Assembly: GCA_963976905.1 (NCBI GenBank)
Contig: CAXBNH010000001.1
Coordinates: forward strand, 1-33,643
Length of the DNA: 33,643 bases
Reading direction: 5' to 3'
From: an uncultured Algibacter sp.
GTDB lineage: Bacteria; Bacteroidota; Bacteroidia; Flavobacteriales; Flavobacteriaceae
In this document: positions 17,355 through 27,103 of the stretch, piece after piece
Layout: the number at the start of each line of letters is the position of its first letter
Position numbering within the stretch: the stretch's first letter is position 1
Notes under the pieces: generated by a model
What the model saw: only the letters and a program-made list of their open reading frames with translations
What the model was told of the DNA's origin: nothing
The model's database searches: none
Made by a program: the position numbers and the translations under genes

Positions 17355-18875
17355 TTATTCTGAATAAAAACCTTCAATTTCGGGTTGACGGTATTTCCAA
17401 ATTTTGTGCAACACTTTAATTTCATAAGGAAATTTATACCACCCATATTTAAAACGATAGCCCGAAAATAATTTCAAAATCCACTTTTTATACCCTTTAA
17501 TTCTAAAATCGGAAGCCGTTGGGTAATAGCCATTTAGAACGGTTTCAAAATTTCGAATCGTATCTACCATATACGGTTTTAACCAAGGTGTCAATGGGTT
17601 TTTTCGTAGATCAAACTTTTCCCAACTTGGTTGAATCCATTCTTCCAATTTCTCTGGAAAGGCAAAACCTGCTTCTGTAATTTGCTTATACAACTCAGAA
17701 CCTTCAGTTGGTACTGGACTGTACAAGTAAATGATAATTTCTGCATCTGGATTGATTGTTTTGATTTCACGAATAAAATTAATATCCCACAAAATCTGTT
17801 CGTAGACTTTCTTTTCTTCAGGCCCAGGCATACCTAATACAAACGATAATTCAGGAACAATATCTACCGCTTTCATGCGCTTTACAAAATCCTTAATCAT
17901 CTGCCCCGATTGTGTGCCGCCTTTATTCATCTGCTTTAATACTTCATCGTTTCCAGTTTCTGCGCCCAAAAATATCATGCGGCAACCCGCTTTACGCATA
18001 TAGTGCAAATCTTCATCCGAATATTTATTAATCGTATCAATTCTGCCCTCTCCCCACCATTCAATATTATCATCTATCACAAGTTTTGAAAATTCTAAGA
18101 CGCGTTTTTTAGAAGTGAAAAAGTTATTATCATGAAATTCAACGGCATCAATTTGATATTTTTCTTTAAAAAATTCAATGTCTTTATAAATGGTTGTAGC
18201 TGCTTTGGCTTTCCATTTAGCATTATAAATAGGCACTACAGCGCAAAAAGAACAAGTAAACGGACATCCCATACTAGAATGATAGGCAAACGTTTGTTGT
18301 CCCATAAAGGTTTTTGCTAAATAATTTTCTAGCGGATAAAATGTATTAAAATATTCGTACGGATACGATGGCAATGTATCTTGATCGAGCAAGGCTTCTT
18401 TCATAGTTTGTACAATCTTGCCCTCTGCATCTTTAAAAATTAAGTTGCGAATCAGTGTTAACTTCTCATCACTTTTTCCTTCTAATACATCTAATAATAA
18501 TGGAAATGTTTTGTCGCCAGGACCATTGATAATATAATCGATATATCCGGAATTCATACATGCTTTATACTGGTTCGACGCAAAATAACCGCCCCAAATA
18601 TTGATAGCATCAGGATATAATTCTTTGATTTTTTTGGCATAAGGAATGGCTTGTTTCAATTGTGGGCCAGGCATCACTGTCAAACAAAAATATTTGTATT
18701 CGCCTGTGGCAAAATATCCTGAAATCTTTTCCCAAGGATCGGTTTCCATATTGCCGTCTACAAAAACATAATCATACTTTCTATGAATTGCCGCACCAAT
18801 TTGAATAATCGTATTTGGTAAACGGTGTTTTGCATTGGCACTTCTTGGATTGAATATGATGATTTTATTTCCCAT
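17355..18875 (-). CDS. Cobalamin-binding-domain radical SAM protein (class B type)
   Basis: N-terminal B12-binding-like domain (IWGGYFAS, YIINGPGD), CxxxCxxC as GCPFTCSFC, FHDNNF, GAETG and FVLGMP. Confidence 0.92.
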   Translation of the reverse strand: MGNKIIIFNPRSANAKHRLPNTIIQIGAAIHRKYDYVFVDGNMETDPWEKISGYFATGEYKYFCLTVMPGPQLKQAIPYAKKIKELYPDAINIWGGYFASNQYKACMNSGYIDYIINGPGDKTFPLLLDVLEGKSDEKLTLIRNLIFKDAEGKIVQTMKEALLDQDTLPSYPYEYFNTFYPLENYLAKTFMGQQTFAYHSSMGCPFTCSFCAVVPIYNAKWKAKAATTIYKDIEFFKEKYQIDAVEFHDNNFFTSKKRVLEFSKLVIDDNIEWWGEGRIDTINKYSDEDLHYMRKAGCRMIFLGAETGNDEVLKQMNKGGTQSGQMIKDFVKRMKAVDIVPELSFVLGMPGPEEKKVYEQILWDINFIREIKTINPDAEIIIYLYSPVPTEGSELYKQITEAGFAFPEKLEEWIQPSWEKFDLRKNPLTPWLKPYMVDTIRNFETVLNGYYPTASDFRIKGYKKWILKLFSGYRFKYGWYKFPYEIKVLHKIWKYRQPEIEGFYSE

Positions 18876-19849
18876 TACTTATTAAATATAATATATCGAT
18901 TGGCTAAAATATAACTTGAAAGCTTCTCAGCAAAGATTTGATTCGCTTTTCCGTTTGGATGCGGATCTAATTCGTTTACAATGTATGTAAAAAGGTTCTT
19001 ATCTTGAAAAAACTTAGAAACATCTACAAAGCCTAAATTATTTTTTTTAGCTAAAGTTTGAATTTGTGCAACGCGAACCGAATCGTAAACGAGATCCATA
19101 TAAAAAACGAGTCCTTTGCTATTATTTTTGGTTAAAATATCTTGAAAGTCTTGAAACTGTTCGTCTATATGCTGTATGTGTTTCGTTTCGTAAACAACAG
19201 GCGTTGGTTCTTTGGCTTTGAGTTTGATACTGAGTAATTTTCTCAAATAGGAATCCCAAAATACATTTTTCTTTGGTTTGATGGTGAAATTGTCTAGTGA
19301 AAAATCTTTTCCAGGTTCATAATGGTCGTTAGAAGCGCAAAATCCAATCACCACTAAATCTGGATGATAACTTAATACATTTCGTTCTAAAATCGTTTTG
19401 TAATTTGTTAATGCGAAGCCAGAAACGCCAAAATTAAAGACTTCATAGCTTATATTTGAATCTTGTGTATTCAACATTTTTTCTGTTTGTGTCACGTACA
19501 TTTCGTCTTCAGAAACGCCAGTTCCCATTGTAAAAGAATCGCCTAAAACGGCTATTTTAGGAGCATTAGAATTCACTTCATGATTGCGATCTCGAAACCC
19601 TTCTGCATTTGTGTGAAAATCGACAAGTTTGTATTTCGTGTCTAAATTAGGCAATAATTCGTATGTCAATTTATCAGAATCAGAATATTTTATCAAACCT
19701 GAATTATCTAAGATGCTAAATGAATTTGTTCTTGTATACGAAAACGCTGCACCACCAAAAAAGTAAATTCTAGCCATCATTTCACCCAGAAAAGTACTGA
19801 GTAAAAGCCCAATTCCAATTGAAATAATTTTAAACTTTAGTTGTTTCAT
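18875..19849 (-). CDS. Membrane-anchored SGNH/GDSL-family protein
   Basis: N-terminal TM segment. NAEGFRD, LGDSFTMG, NFGVSGF, ASND and DPHPN. Its TAA overlaps the radical SAM ATG (TAATG). Confidence 0.87.
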   Translation of the reverse strand: MKQLKFKIISIGIGLLLSTFLGEMMARIYFFGGAAFSYTRTNSFSILDNSGLIKYSDSDKLTYELLPNLDTKYKLVDFHTNAEGFRDRNHEVNSNAPKIAVLGDSFTMGTGVSEDEMYVTQTEKMLNTQDSNISYEVFNFGVSGFALTNYKTILERNVLSYHPDLVVIGFCASNDHYEPGKDFSLDNFTIKPKKNVFWDSYLRKLLSIKLKAKEPTPVVYETKHIQHIDEQFQDFQDILTKNNSKGLVFYMDLVYDSVRVAQIQTLAKKNNLGFVDVSKFFQDKNLFTYIVNELDPHPNGKANQIFAEKLSSYILANRYIIFNK

Positions 19850-19938
19850 GTAGGTTTAAATTCGCCATAAAGATACAGAAGTATCAAAGGAATTCTAATT
19901 TTTTTCAATGCGAATAAAGAATCTTATCGTAGACATAG

Positions 19939-19946
19939 TATATTTG
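19939..19946 (+). promoter_or_regulatory. Candidate -7 promoter element for the SGNH/GT-C pair
   Basis: TATATTTG matches TAnnTTTG 30 nt upstream of the 19977 start, in a divergent intergenic gap. Confidence 0.5.
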
Positions 19947-19976
19947 TTTCCAACAGATGTCAACTAAAAAACTATT

Positions 19977-21098
19977 TTGTTTAAAAAATATATTTTAAAA
20001 CCGATAAAAAATCTCATCATCATTTTTGGGATCACATTTGTGTTGCTCGAAATTGTATTGGCAATTTACATTCGCGTTGCAGAAATTAAGATAGAATTAC
20101 CGACGTATACTTTTCAAAATACACAGAATTTTTGGTATGATTTAGATGAAAATTTTGGCACATTACATTTGCCAAATGATATGTATCGACAAAAAAAGTA
20201 TTGTTTTGATGTAGTATATACATCTAATTCTAAAGGACTTCGTGATATAGAACGTGAAGTAAACGCAGAAACTAAACGTGTGGTTGCTTTAGGCGATTCG
20301 TTCACAGAAGGAATAGGCGTTAATGTTGAAAATCGATTGACTAATTTGCTTGAACAAGAAACCAACATTCCACATTTGAATTTTGGTTTGGCAGGAAATT
20401 TTGGGTCTACACAATATTTGATGATGTACGAAACCTTAGCGAAAGCATATACACACGAAGCCGTTTTGGTCAGTATTCTGCCTTCTAATGATTTTATTGA
20501 CGATGATTACGAAATCAATTTACGAGTTGGCGGCAATCGCTATCAACCATTTTTAGATGGAATTTATCCCAATTATAAAGTGGTTTATTATGCAGATAGC
20601 ATTCAAAAATCGAAAGCAACCCCACAAAGACAACATTTTGTGTACAAGACTTTGAAGAATTTCACCTATTCCTATAATATGTGTCGCTACCTGCGTGCGA
20701 TGCAAAAAGTGCAAACGATCCCGCAGAATAAATTGTTGGCAGCATCCAAAGTGCCAAGTTATTTTAATTATTCTGAGAAGCAATTCAATCGGATTCGCTA
20801 TTCGATAGAGAGCATTAAAAAAAAAGCAGGTAATCGTTCCGTAATGGTGTATAGTATTCCAATTGAAAAAGAAATCAAAGCCTATCGAGAACACGGTAAA
20901 AATCCGCTTGGAACGAGATTAAAAGCAGTTTGTGACAGTATCAATGTAGAATATTTAGACTTATTACCACAAACCGAAAGCTTTAGTACAGAACAATACG
21001 AAGCCTTATTTTTGTCATGTGACGGACATTGGAGCGAAGTTGGAAACGCGTTCGCAAAAGCACAAATCGAATCGTATTTTACGTATTATAAAAAATGA
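19977..21098 (+). CDS. Membrane-anchored SGNH/GDSL-family protein
   Basis: N-terminal TM segment. NSKGLRD, LGDSFTEG, NFGLAG, PSNDF and DGHWS. Confidence 0.87.
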   Translation: MFKKYILKPIKNLIIIFGITFVLLEIVLAIYIRVAEIKIELPTYTFQNTQNFWYDLDENFGTLHLPNDMYRQKKYCFDVVYTSNSKGLRDIEREVNAETKRVVALGDSFTEGIGVNVENRLTNLLEQETNIPHLNFGLAGNFGSTQYLMMYETLAKAYTHEAVLVSILPSNDFIDDDYEINLRVGGNRYQPFLDGIYPNYKVVYYADSIQKSKATPQRQHFVYKTLKNFTYSYNMCRYLRAMQKVQTIPQNKLLAASKVPSYFNYSEKQFNRIRYSIESIKKKAGNRSVMVYSIPIEKEIKAYREHGKNPLGTRLKAVCDSINVEYLDLLPQTESFSTEQYEALFLSCDGHWSEVGNAFAKAQIESYFTYYKK

Positions 21099-22711
21099 TG
21101 AAATTCCTTCAAAAAAATCAAGATCAACTTGGATTGTTACTTTTGTGGATTGTAATTGTTCTGATTGTCAATCCTATAGGTGATTTTCCGTTGAATGATG
21201 ATTGGTGTTATGGTAAATCTGTTAAAACATTAATGGAAGATGGGTATCTTAAAATATATAATTGGGGAGAAATGACCTTGGTGGCACATGTGTATTTTGG
21301 ATATTTATTTACAGAACTCTTTGGATTCTCCTTTACAGTATTACGATGGTCTACTTTAGTGTTAGGGGCTGTGTCAATACTTGGTATTTATCAACTCTGT
21401 ATTTTGGTAAATGCTTCTCGGAGACTAGCTTTACTAAGTGCTTTATTATGTATGGTAAACCCTTTATTTCTTGGGTTATCATTCTCTTTTATGACAGATG
21501 TTCCTTTTTATTGTATTGTCATTTGGAGCTTCTATTTTTTTGTCAAAGCATTGCAAACCAATGAATGGAAACAATTGTTCATTGCCATTTTGTTATGTTG
21601 TTGGGCTTTCTTAATCCGTCAAATAGCATTAGTGCTTCCTGTGGCGTGGTTGCTGACGCTAATACTTACACAGAAACCAACACCAAAAACGCTTATAAGA
21701 GCAATCCTGCCATTATTTGTACTTACCATACTTTATTTTGGGTACAGTTACATGATGCAATATTTAGGAATATTACAAGGGCGCTATAACGATAAGTTAC
21801 ATTTACTTTTTGAAGAGATTAAAGGCCTTAACCTTCGCCAAATAGTCAGAATGATTCTATATTTTTTTGTTAGTCTAAGTTATATAGGTTTGTTGTTATC
21901 TCCAATACACTTAATATATATTATAAAAAATAAAATAAAACCATACATTGTTATAGGTTTCACTTTTTTAATAGCTGGTTATTTTATCTATATCGGAAAA
22001 GTTATTCCTACTTTAGATAATGTATGGATTGATTTTGGAATTGGGCCAACAACCTTGTACGATCATTATGGACATTTTAAAGAAGCTCCAGATTTAAAGG
22101 CGCCAATGTTATTACGATGGATAATAACGACGTTAGGAGTTCTTTCCAGTCTAGGGCTGCTTTATAGTATAAAAAAAGTTTTAACAGCTACCATTCAGAA
22201 AAAAAAATCGTCACCAGTTCTTGTCTTTTCTATATTAGGTATTATTATTTACCTAATCCCTTTCCTTATTATATCCGTTTATGACAGATATTTACTTGCA
22301 TTGCTTCCAATGGCTATTGTTGCTTTAGTATACCATAATCAGGAGGTAATTACCAAACGTATGTACACTAGTTCTTTGTTATTTATATTACTAGTAGGTG
22401 TATTTTCGGTTGGGGCTACTCATGATTATTTGTCATGGAATAGAGTGCGTTGGAACATTATAAATGAGCTAAAGGACTCTGGTGTAGAACTGCATAAAAT
22501 TCAAGGAGGTGCAGAATTTACTACATGGTATTTTTTTTCTGAAACTCAGCAAAAATGGTGGGAAAATGTCATTGCAATATATGCCATAGTTTTTAAAGCG
22601 AAACAGGACGATACAATTATTAAAAAATATAATTATAGCAGATGGCTGCCAGGAAATCAAGATATTTATTTAATTTATGATGCAACCTTGGATTTGGATA
22701 AAACGAAGTGA
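21095..22711 (+). CDS. GT-C fold membrane glycosyltransferase (ArnT/PMT-like, GT39/GT83 type)
   Basis: 538 aa polytopic protein with first-loop acidic motif DFPLNDDWCY, SFMTDVP, LIRQ and YDRYLL. ATGA overlap with the SGNH gene. Confidence 0.82.
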   Translation: MMKFLQKNQDQLGLLLLWIVIVLIVNPIGDFPLNDDWCYGKSVKTLMEDGYLKIYNWGEMTLVAHVYFGYLFTELFGFSFTVLRWSTLVLGAVSILGIYQLCILVNASRRLALLSALLCMVNPLFLGLSFSFMTDVPFYCIVIWSFYFFVKALQTNEWKQLFIAILLCCWAFLIRQIALVLPVAWLLTLILTQKPTPKTLIRAILPLFVLTILYFGYSYMMQYLGILQGRYNDKLHLLFEEIKGLNLRQIVRMILYFFVSLSYIGLLLSPIHLIYIIKNKIKPYIVIGFTFLIAGYFIYIGKVIPTLDNVWIDFGIGPTTLYDHYGHFKEAPDLKAPMLLRWIITTLGVLSSLGLLYSIKKVLTATIQKKKSSPVLVFSILGIIIYLIPFLIISVYDRYLLALLPMAIVALVYHNQEVITKRMYTSSLLFILLVGVFSVGATHDYLSWNRVRWNIINELKDSGVELHKIQGGAEFTTWYFFSETQQKWWENVIAIYAIVFKAKQDDTIIKKYNYSRWLPGNQDIYLIYDATLDLDKTK

Positions 22712-22729
22712 TTATAGCATTCTTAAAGT

Positions 22730-23785
22730 CTATTTTTTAATATTTATAGTGTCAAATAAATATTGACCAATAATAGAGTGGCCTTTTTCATTAATATGTA
22801 AATCTTGTTCCCAAAACACTTTTTCTGTAGCTTGTTGTAATGGCGCTTTTAAATTGAAGTTAGTAATGTTTTCAGAATTCAACCATTTAATAAACTCATT
22901 TGTTAGCTTTTCATTAGCATGAATTTCATCAGGGCTTAATTTAAATAATGACTGTATTTTAGATTTAAACTCGGCATTAGTTTCTATTTTTGATGGCAAT
23001 AATGTAATTATAAGCTCAATGTTTTCTTTTTCACACAAGTCCTTAATTGCTATCATATATTTTTTAGCAATAGATAAAGCTTTTTCTTTTTCGTTTGGAA
23101 AAAATTTAAAATATAAGGATTGATCAATACCTTGTGACATGGCAATTGGTGCCTTCCTAAAAGTCAATATTCTTTTATAAAGTCGAATACTTGTGTTTTT
23201 ACTCACATTAAAAATACTAGTTCTATCATCTTCAAAAAGAAATGTCTCTCTAAAATCATTTCCTATAAATATATTAATAAGATATATGTCTGGCTTTAAA
23301 TAGCTGTATTTTTTAAGGAATCCTAAATAGTTTCTAAACGTGTAATATGCTGTTCCTCCATTGATACAGTTATAATTAACAATAGTATCGGATGCATTTA
23401 GCTTGTCTTCCCAAACATTTATAAACGATTGTGGATTATGTTTCAAAACACCATCTGTATGTGAATCGCCTGTAACTAAAATACGATATTCGTTTTGTTT
23501 TTTTTCAACAATATCATCATCTTCTCTAAACCCTAAATTGTTTGTTTTTCGCTCAGTAGTAAGTTTTTGTTGAGGTGTTCCCCAATTATCATAAATTTGA
23601 ATGTTGGGAATATGTACAAACATGGCTATAGAATCTTTTTGGAGATAGGCAACTTGATTTGGTTCTGACATTTCAAAAAATGAATTGATTCTATTTACAG
23701 ACACAAAATGGTTTATCACTCCTACAATAAAGAATAAACCTATAATTATACAAAAATTAATAACAATCAACCGCAAATATTTCAT
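22730..23785 (-). CDS. Membrane-anchored SGNH/GDSL-family protein
   Basis: N-terminal TM segment. NNLGFRE, TGDSHTDG, IGNDF and DLHINEKGH. Confidence 0.85.
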   Translation of the reverse strand: MKYLRLIVINFCIIIGLFFIVGVINHFVSVNRINSFFEMSEPNQVAYLQKDSIAMFVHIPNIQIYDNWGTPQQKLTTERKTNNLGFREDDDIVEKKQNEYRILVTGDSHTDGVLKHNPQSFINVWEDKLNASDTIVNYNCINGGTAYYTFRNYLGFLKKYSYLKPDIYLINIFIGNDFRETFLFEDDRTSIFNVSKNTSIRLYKRILTFRKAPIAMSQGIDQSLYFKFFPNEKEKALSIAKKYMIAIKDLCEKENIELIITLLPSKIETNAEFKSKIQSLFKLSPDEIHANEKLTNEFIKWLNSENITNFNLKAPLQQATEKVFWEQDLHINEKGHSIIGQYLFDTINIKK

Positions 23786-23905
23786 CTCTAAAGTTTTAAC
23801 AAAGAAACTAAATACAAAGGATTTGACATTATATTATCTGATAAATGATATTACAATTAACAATATTTCAATACATTTATAAACCAAAAAAAGCCTTAAT
23901 CTTAT

Positions 23906-24739
23906 ATGATTTTTGATTATCAAAAATGGAAAGCATCATTAGCCCAAGACCAAATTAGTTATCAAAATGCTAAACCCTATCCTCATATTATCTGTGATGA
24001 TTTTTTAGAGGAAACTGCCGCAGAAAATGCGTTAGCTGTGTTTCCAAAAATACAAGATGAAGGTTGGATTCATTATGTTCATGTGAATGAAAAAAAACAT
24101 GGGCTCAATAAATTGGCCTTGATTCCCGAGTTTATTTGCGATGGTATTATTAAAGAGTTGAATTCACCACAGTTTATACAATATCTTGAAAACTTAACGG
24201 GAATTACTAATTTATTGCCAGATAGTAGGATTGAAGGTGGCGGCATCCATCAAAGTGAACATGGTGGTTATTTGAATATTCATGCTGATTTTACTGTACA
24301 TCCTCATAAAAAAACATGGAGACGGCGTGTAAATGTATTGCTATATTTAAACAAAGATTGGAAAGGTTCTTATGGAGGGTCGCTAGAACTTTGGGAAAAA
24401 GATATGTCAAAATGTGCAGTAAAAATTGAGCCAATTTTTAACAGAATTGTAATTTTTAATACTGAAGAAGATTCGTATCATGGATTTCCAGACCCCATAC
24501 AATGCCCTGATAATATTACTCGAAAATCAATAGCCTTGTATTATTTTACAGAGGAAAAGGTTGGTTCATTTAAACGCCGATCTACCAATTACCAAGCACG
24601 ACCAAATGATGGCATTAAGGCTATTTTTATTTGGTTCGACAAAAAAATGATTGCTATCTATACATCTCTTAAAGGAGCTTTAGGTATTAATGATGATTTT
24701 ATAAGTAAAGTGCTAAATTTGTTTCGAAAGAAGAAATAA
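23906..24739 (+). CDS. 2OG-Fe(II) oxygenase (prolyl-hydroxylase-like family)
   Basis: PYPH..DDFL, GGGIH, HADF (HxD), LLYLN..W...YGG.LELW, PIFNR, SYHGFP (distal His) and RKSIALYY. Confidence 0.9.
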   Translation: MIFDYQKWKASLAQDQISYQNAKPYPHIICDDFLEETAAENALAVFPKIQDEGWIHYVHVNEKKHGLNKLALIPEFICDGIIKELNSPQFIQYLENLTGITNLLPDSRIEGGGIHQSEHGGYLNIHADFTVHPHKKTWRRRVNVLLYLNKDWKGSYGGSLELWEKDMSKCAVKIEPIFNRIVIFNTEEDSYHGFPDPIQCPDNITRKSIALYYFTEEKVGSFKRRSTNYQARPNDGIKAIFIWFDKKMIAIYTSLKGALGINDDFISKVLNLFRKKK

Positions 24740-24863
24740 ATTTTCTTTTAACTTATAACTAAATAAAAATGATAATTGAAATACACTGTTGTTATTCTTA
24801 GTCCGGAAAGAACCTATATTTTAGATGGATTAGCGATTATTATACTAGAAATTGAATCATTTT

Positions 24864-26003
24864 TTATGTAAACTTCCTGTGAATTTTATAAACAATTAAT
24901 ACTACCCATTGCGTAATACAAACGCTGCTTAATACACCTAATATTTCGTAGGTTTCTATTAAGAAGAAAATAAAGCTGATATTTACAAAAAAGCCAAAGG
25001 TACTAATGCAAATAATAATGCGTTCTTTATGGGTTTTTATTAATTCCATAATGTTTATTGTATAAAAATAACAAGGTAGAGCAATGAGTCCTCCAAGCAC
25101 ATAATATTCGTAAGAAAATTTAAGTTTGATAAATTCCTCCATCACAATCCAAATGGCAAAACCACCAACAATTGTTAATGGAAAAGCAGCGAGGTAGAGT
25201 TTATATTTCATTTTTTGTACTACTTCATCAGATACACGGTAGATATGTTTTGTAAATGGAATGATAATATAAGCTGATAAAGCTTGTAACATTAAAAAAG
25301 CCGTAATAAATAATTGATATTCGGCTAATTGTGATTTTTCTAAATAGAAATCTACGAGATAAATGTCCACCTTAGAAATTAACCAACCACTTAATCCGAG
25401 AATAAAAAAAGGTAAGCCTGCTTTGAATTCTTGTATGGAAATTGTTGCAGAAAAGCGTTCTTTCCAAAAGTTTATCCGGATGCTTAACAATATTAATTTT
25501 GTAGCAATTGCAGTGGTGTATATTTTTAAAAATGTTTCTAAGTCAAAGGTTTCAAAGTAAAAAATGCTCACAAAAATAATCGTAAATGCCACAATTTCGG
25601 CGAATAATTGCTCACTAAATTTCTGATAATATACAACCAATGTGCTTAATGAAGAGTAGGTAAATGTTAGCACAACGAGTATGATTGCCCAAAAGGCAAT
25701 ATGTACGGGGAAAAATAAAAATAACAACAGCACAAAAGGTAATAACAAGCTTCTTGATAAAATGTTGCTGAAAAAGGCATGATACATTTTCCCAGGTTCT
25801 TCACTATATTTTCGTAATAAATAATCACGATTTCCCCAACCGAACAAAAATGTTACAAAAAAAACCCATAACATCACATTAATTAAACTTCCCCAATTTG
25901 TTTTTCCAAAGGTTTTGACACCAAAAACTATGATTAAAAAATTGAATGCAGGATTGGCAAACCCTTGAATTGTATTAATTCCTATGGTTCGTAATCTACG
26001 CAT
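24864..26003 (-). CDS. Wzx-like / MATE-superfamily oligosaccharide flippase-like membrane protein
   Basis: 379 aa with ~11-12 hydrophobic segments and a KVDIYLV...LAEYQ pattern. Terminal gene of a glycan operon. Shorter than typical Wzx. Confidence 0.68.
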   Translation of the reverse strand: MRRLRTIGINTIQGFANPAFNFLIIVFGVKTFGKTNWGSLINVMLWVFFVTFLFGWGNRDYLLRKYSEEPGKMYHAFFSNILSRSLLLPFVLLLFLFFPVHIAFWAIILVVLTFTYSSLSTLVVYYQKFSEQLFAEIVAFTIIFVSIFYFETFDLETFLKIYTTAIATKLILLSIRINFWKERFSATISIQEFKAGLPFFILGLSGWLISKVDIYLVDFYLEKSQLAEYQLFITAFLMLQALSAYIIIPFTKHIYRVSDEVVQKMKYKLYLAAFPLTIVGGFAIWIVMEEFIKLKFSYEYYVLGGLIALPCYFYTINIMELIKTHKERIIICISTFGFFVNISFIFFLIETYEILGVLSSVCITQWVVLIVYKIHRKFT

Positions 26004-27045
26004 TGTACAAACCTATGTATGCGCTTAATGACTCTTGTTCGGAACTTAATTCAATACGTTTTTTAGTTTCTTTTGGCTCCAAAAGTAAGTTTTTAGTTGT
26101 TTCAATAAGTTGAGCTTTATTATTGCCAACACTCCAGTATTGTGATGCTTTTGCGAGTCCAACATTATAAGATACAATGCGCATCCCTGAATACAATGCT
26201 TCTAAAAACACAAAGCCAAAAGATTCGTAATGGCTTGTGTGTACTAGAATATTTGATTGCGCCATTTTCTCCAAAACTTTTATTCTTGGTAACTTTCCAA
26301 GGATTGTAATTGTATTTTCCAAACCTAAATTTTTAATTTTCAGCTGTAATTCATTTCGCAAAGTACCATCGCCAATAATAGCAGCGTTTAGATTTTTGTG
26401 TGTTTTCACTATGGATGAAATGATTTCAATGAAAACTGAATAGTTTTTGATTGTATTTAATGAACCAACTCCTAAAATATCAATTTTACTTTCTTGCAAT
26501 TTTGGAAATTCATTAATATCCAAATGCCATGGAATTATAGTAGATTCCAAATTGTAGGTTTTCAACAATTCAGCGTTATGATTTTTAGAAAGAGTGACTA
26601 TTTTCGCATTGGAATTAATCAAACTCTTTGCGTGAAAATTCACGATAGTGGCATCTTGTCCCATGACAGTTACAACATGATTAATGGCATGTTTTTTTGA
26701 AAATCGTTCACCAATTCTAGAACATTCACCAATCCAAAAACTATGAATCGTATCAATTTTTTGAACTTTATAGAGTTTTTGAAGTGTTTTTAGTGCTTTT
26801 TTCCACGTCCATAATTTCTTTAATTTTTTACTTTGCCCATTAAGTGGAATTACTTCAATTCCATGCCAATTATAGCTTATATTCGTATACGGATATTGAA
26901 ATGTTAGTAATGTTAATTTGATGTTAGGCAATGCTTTCCGTATACTTTTTAGAAATACTTGCAATGCAGGAATTGTGGTAGAATCGTCCTCAGATTTTGC
27001 AAAACCTGGTGTTAAAAAAACGATATGTGAATGTGTCCTATTCAT
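25996..27045 (-). CDS. Glycosyltransferase family 4 (GT-B)
   Basis: VGSL..IKN, IIGDG.LR, and TSHYESFGFVFLEAL (E-x7-E motif). Confidence 0.92.
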   Translation of the reverse strand: MNRTHSHIVFLTPGFAKSEDDSTTIPALQVFLKSIRKALPNIKLTLLTFQYPYTNISYNWHGIEVIPLNGQSKKLKKLWTWKKALKTLQKLYKVQKIDTIHSFWIGECSRIGERFSKKHAINHVVTVMGQDATIVNFHAKSLINSNAKIVTLSKNHNAELLKTYNLESTIIPWHLDINEFPKLQESKIDILGVGSLNTIKNYSVFIEIISSIVKTHKNLNAAIIGDGTLRNELQLKIKNLGLENTITILGKLPRIKVLEKMAQSNILVHTSHYESFGFVFLEALYSGMRIVSYNVGLAKASQYWSVGNNKAQLIETTKNLLLEPKETKKRIELSSEQESLSAYIGLYNA

Positions 27046-27048
27046 TTT

Positions 27049-27091
27049 ATTTCCGCCTTTTGATTCCCTTTAAGATAAATTAGGCGGAAAT
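27049..27091. repeat. GC-rich intergenic inverted repeat (10-bp perfect stem, 23-nt loop)
   Basis: ATTTCCGCCT (27049-27058) and AGGCGGAAAT (27082-27091), between the FkbM stop and the GT4 start. Confidence 0.7.
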
Positions 27092-27103
27092 CTATTAAGT
27101 TTA

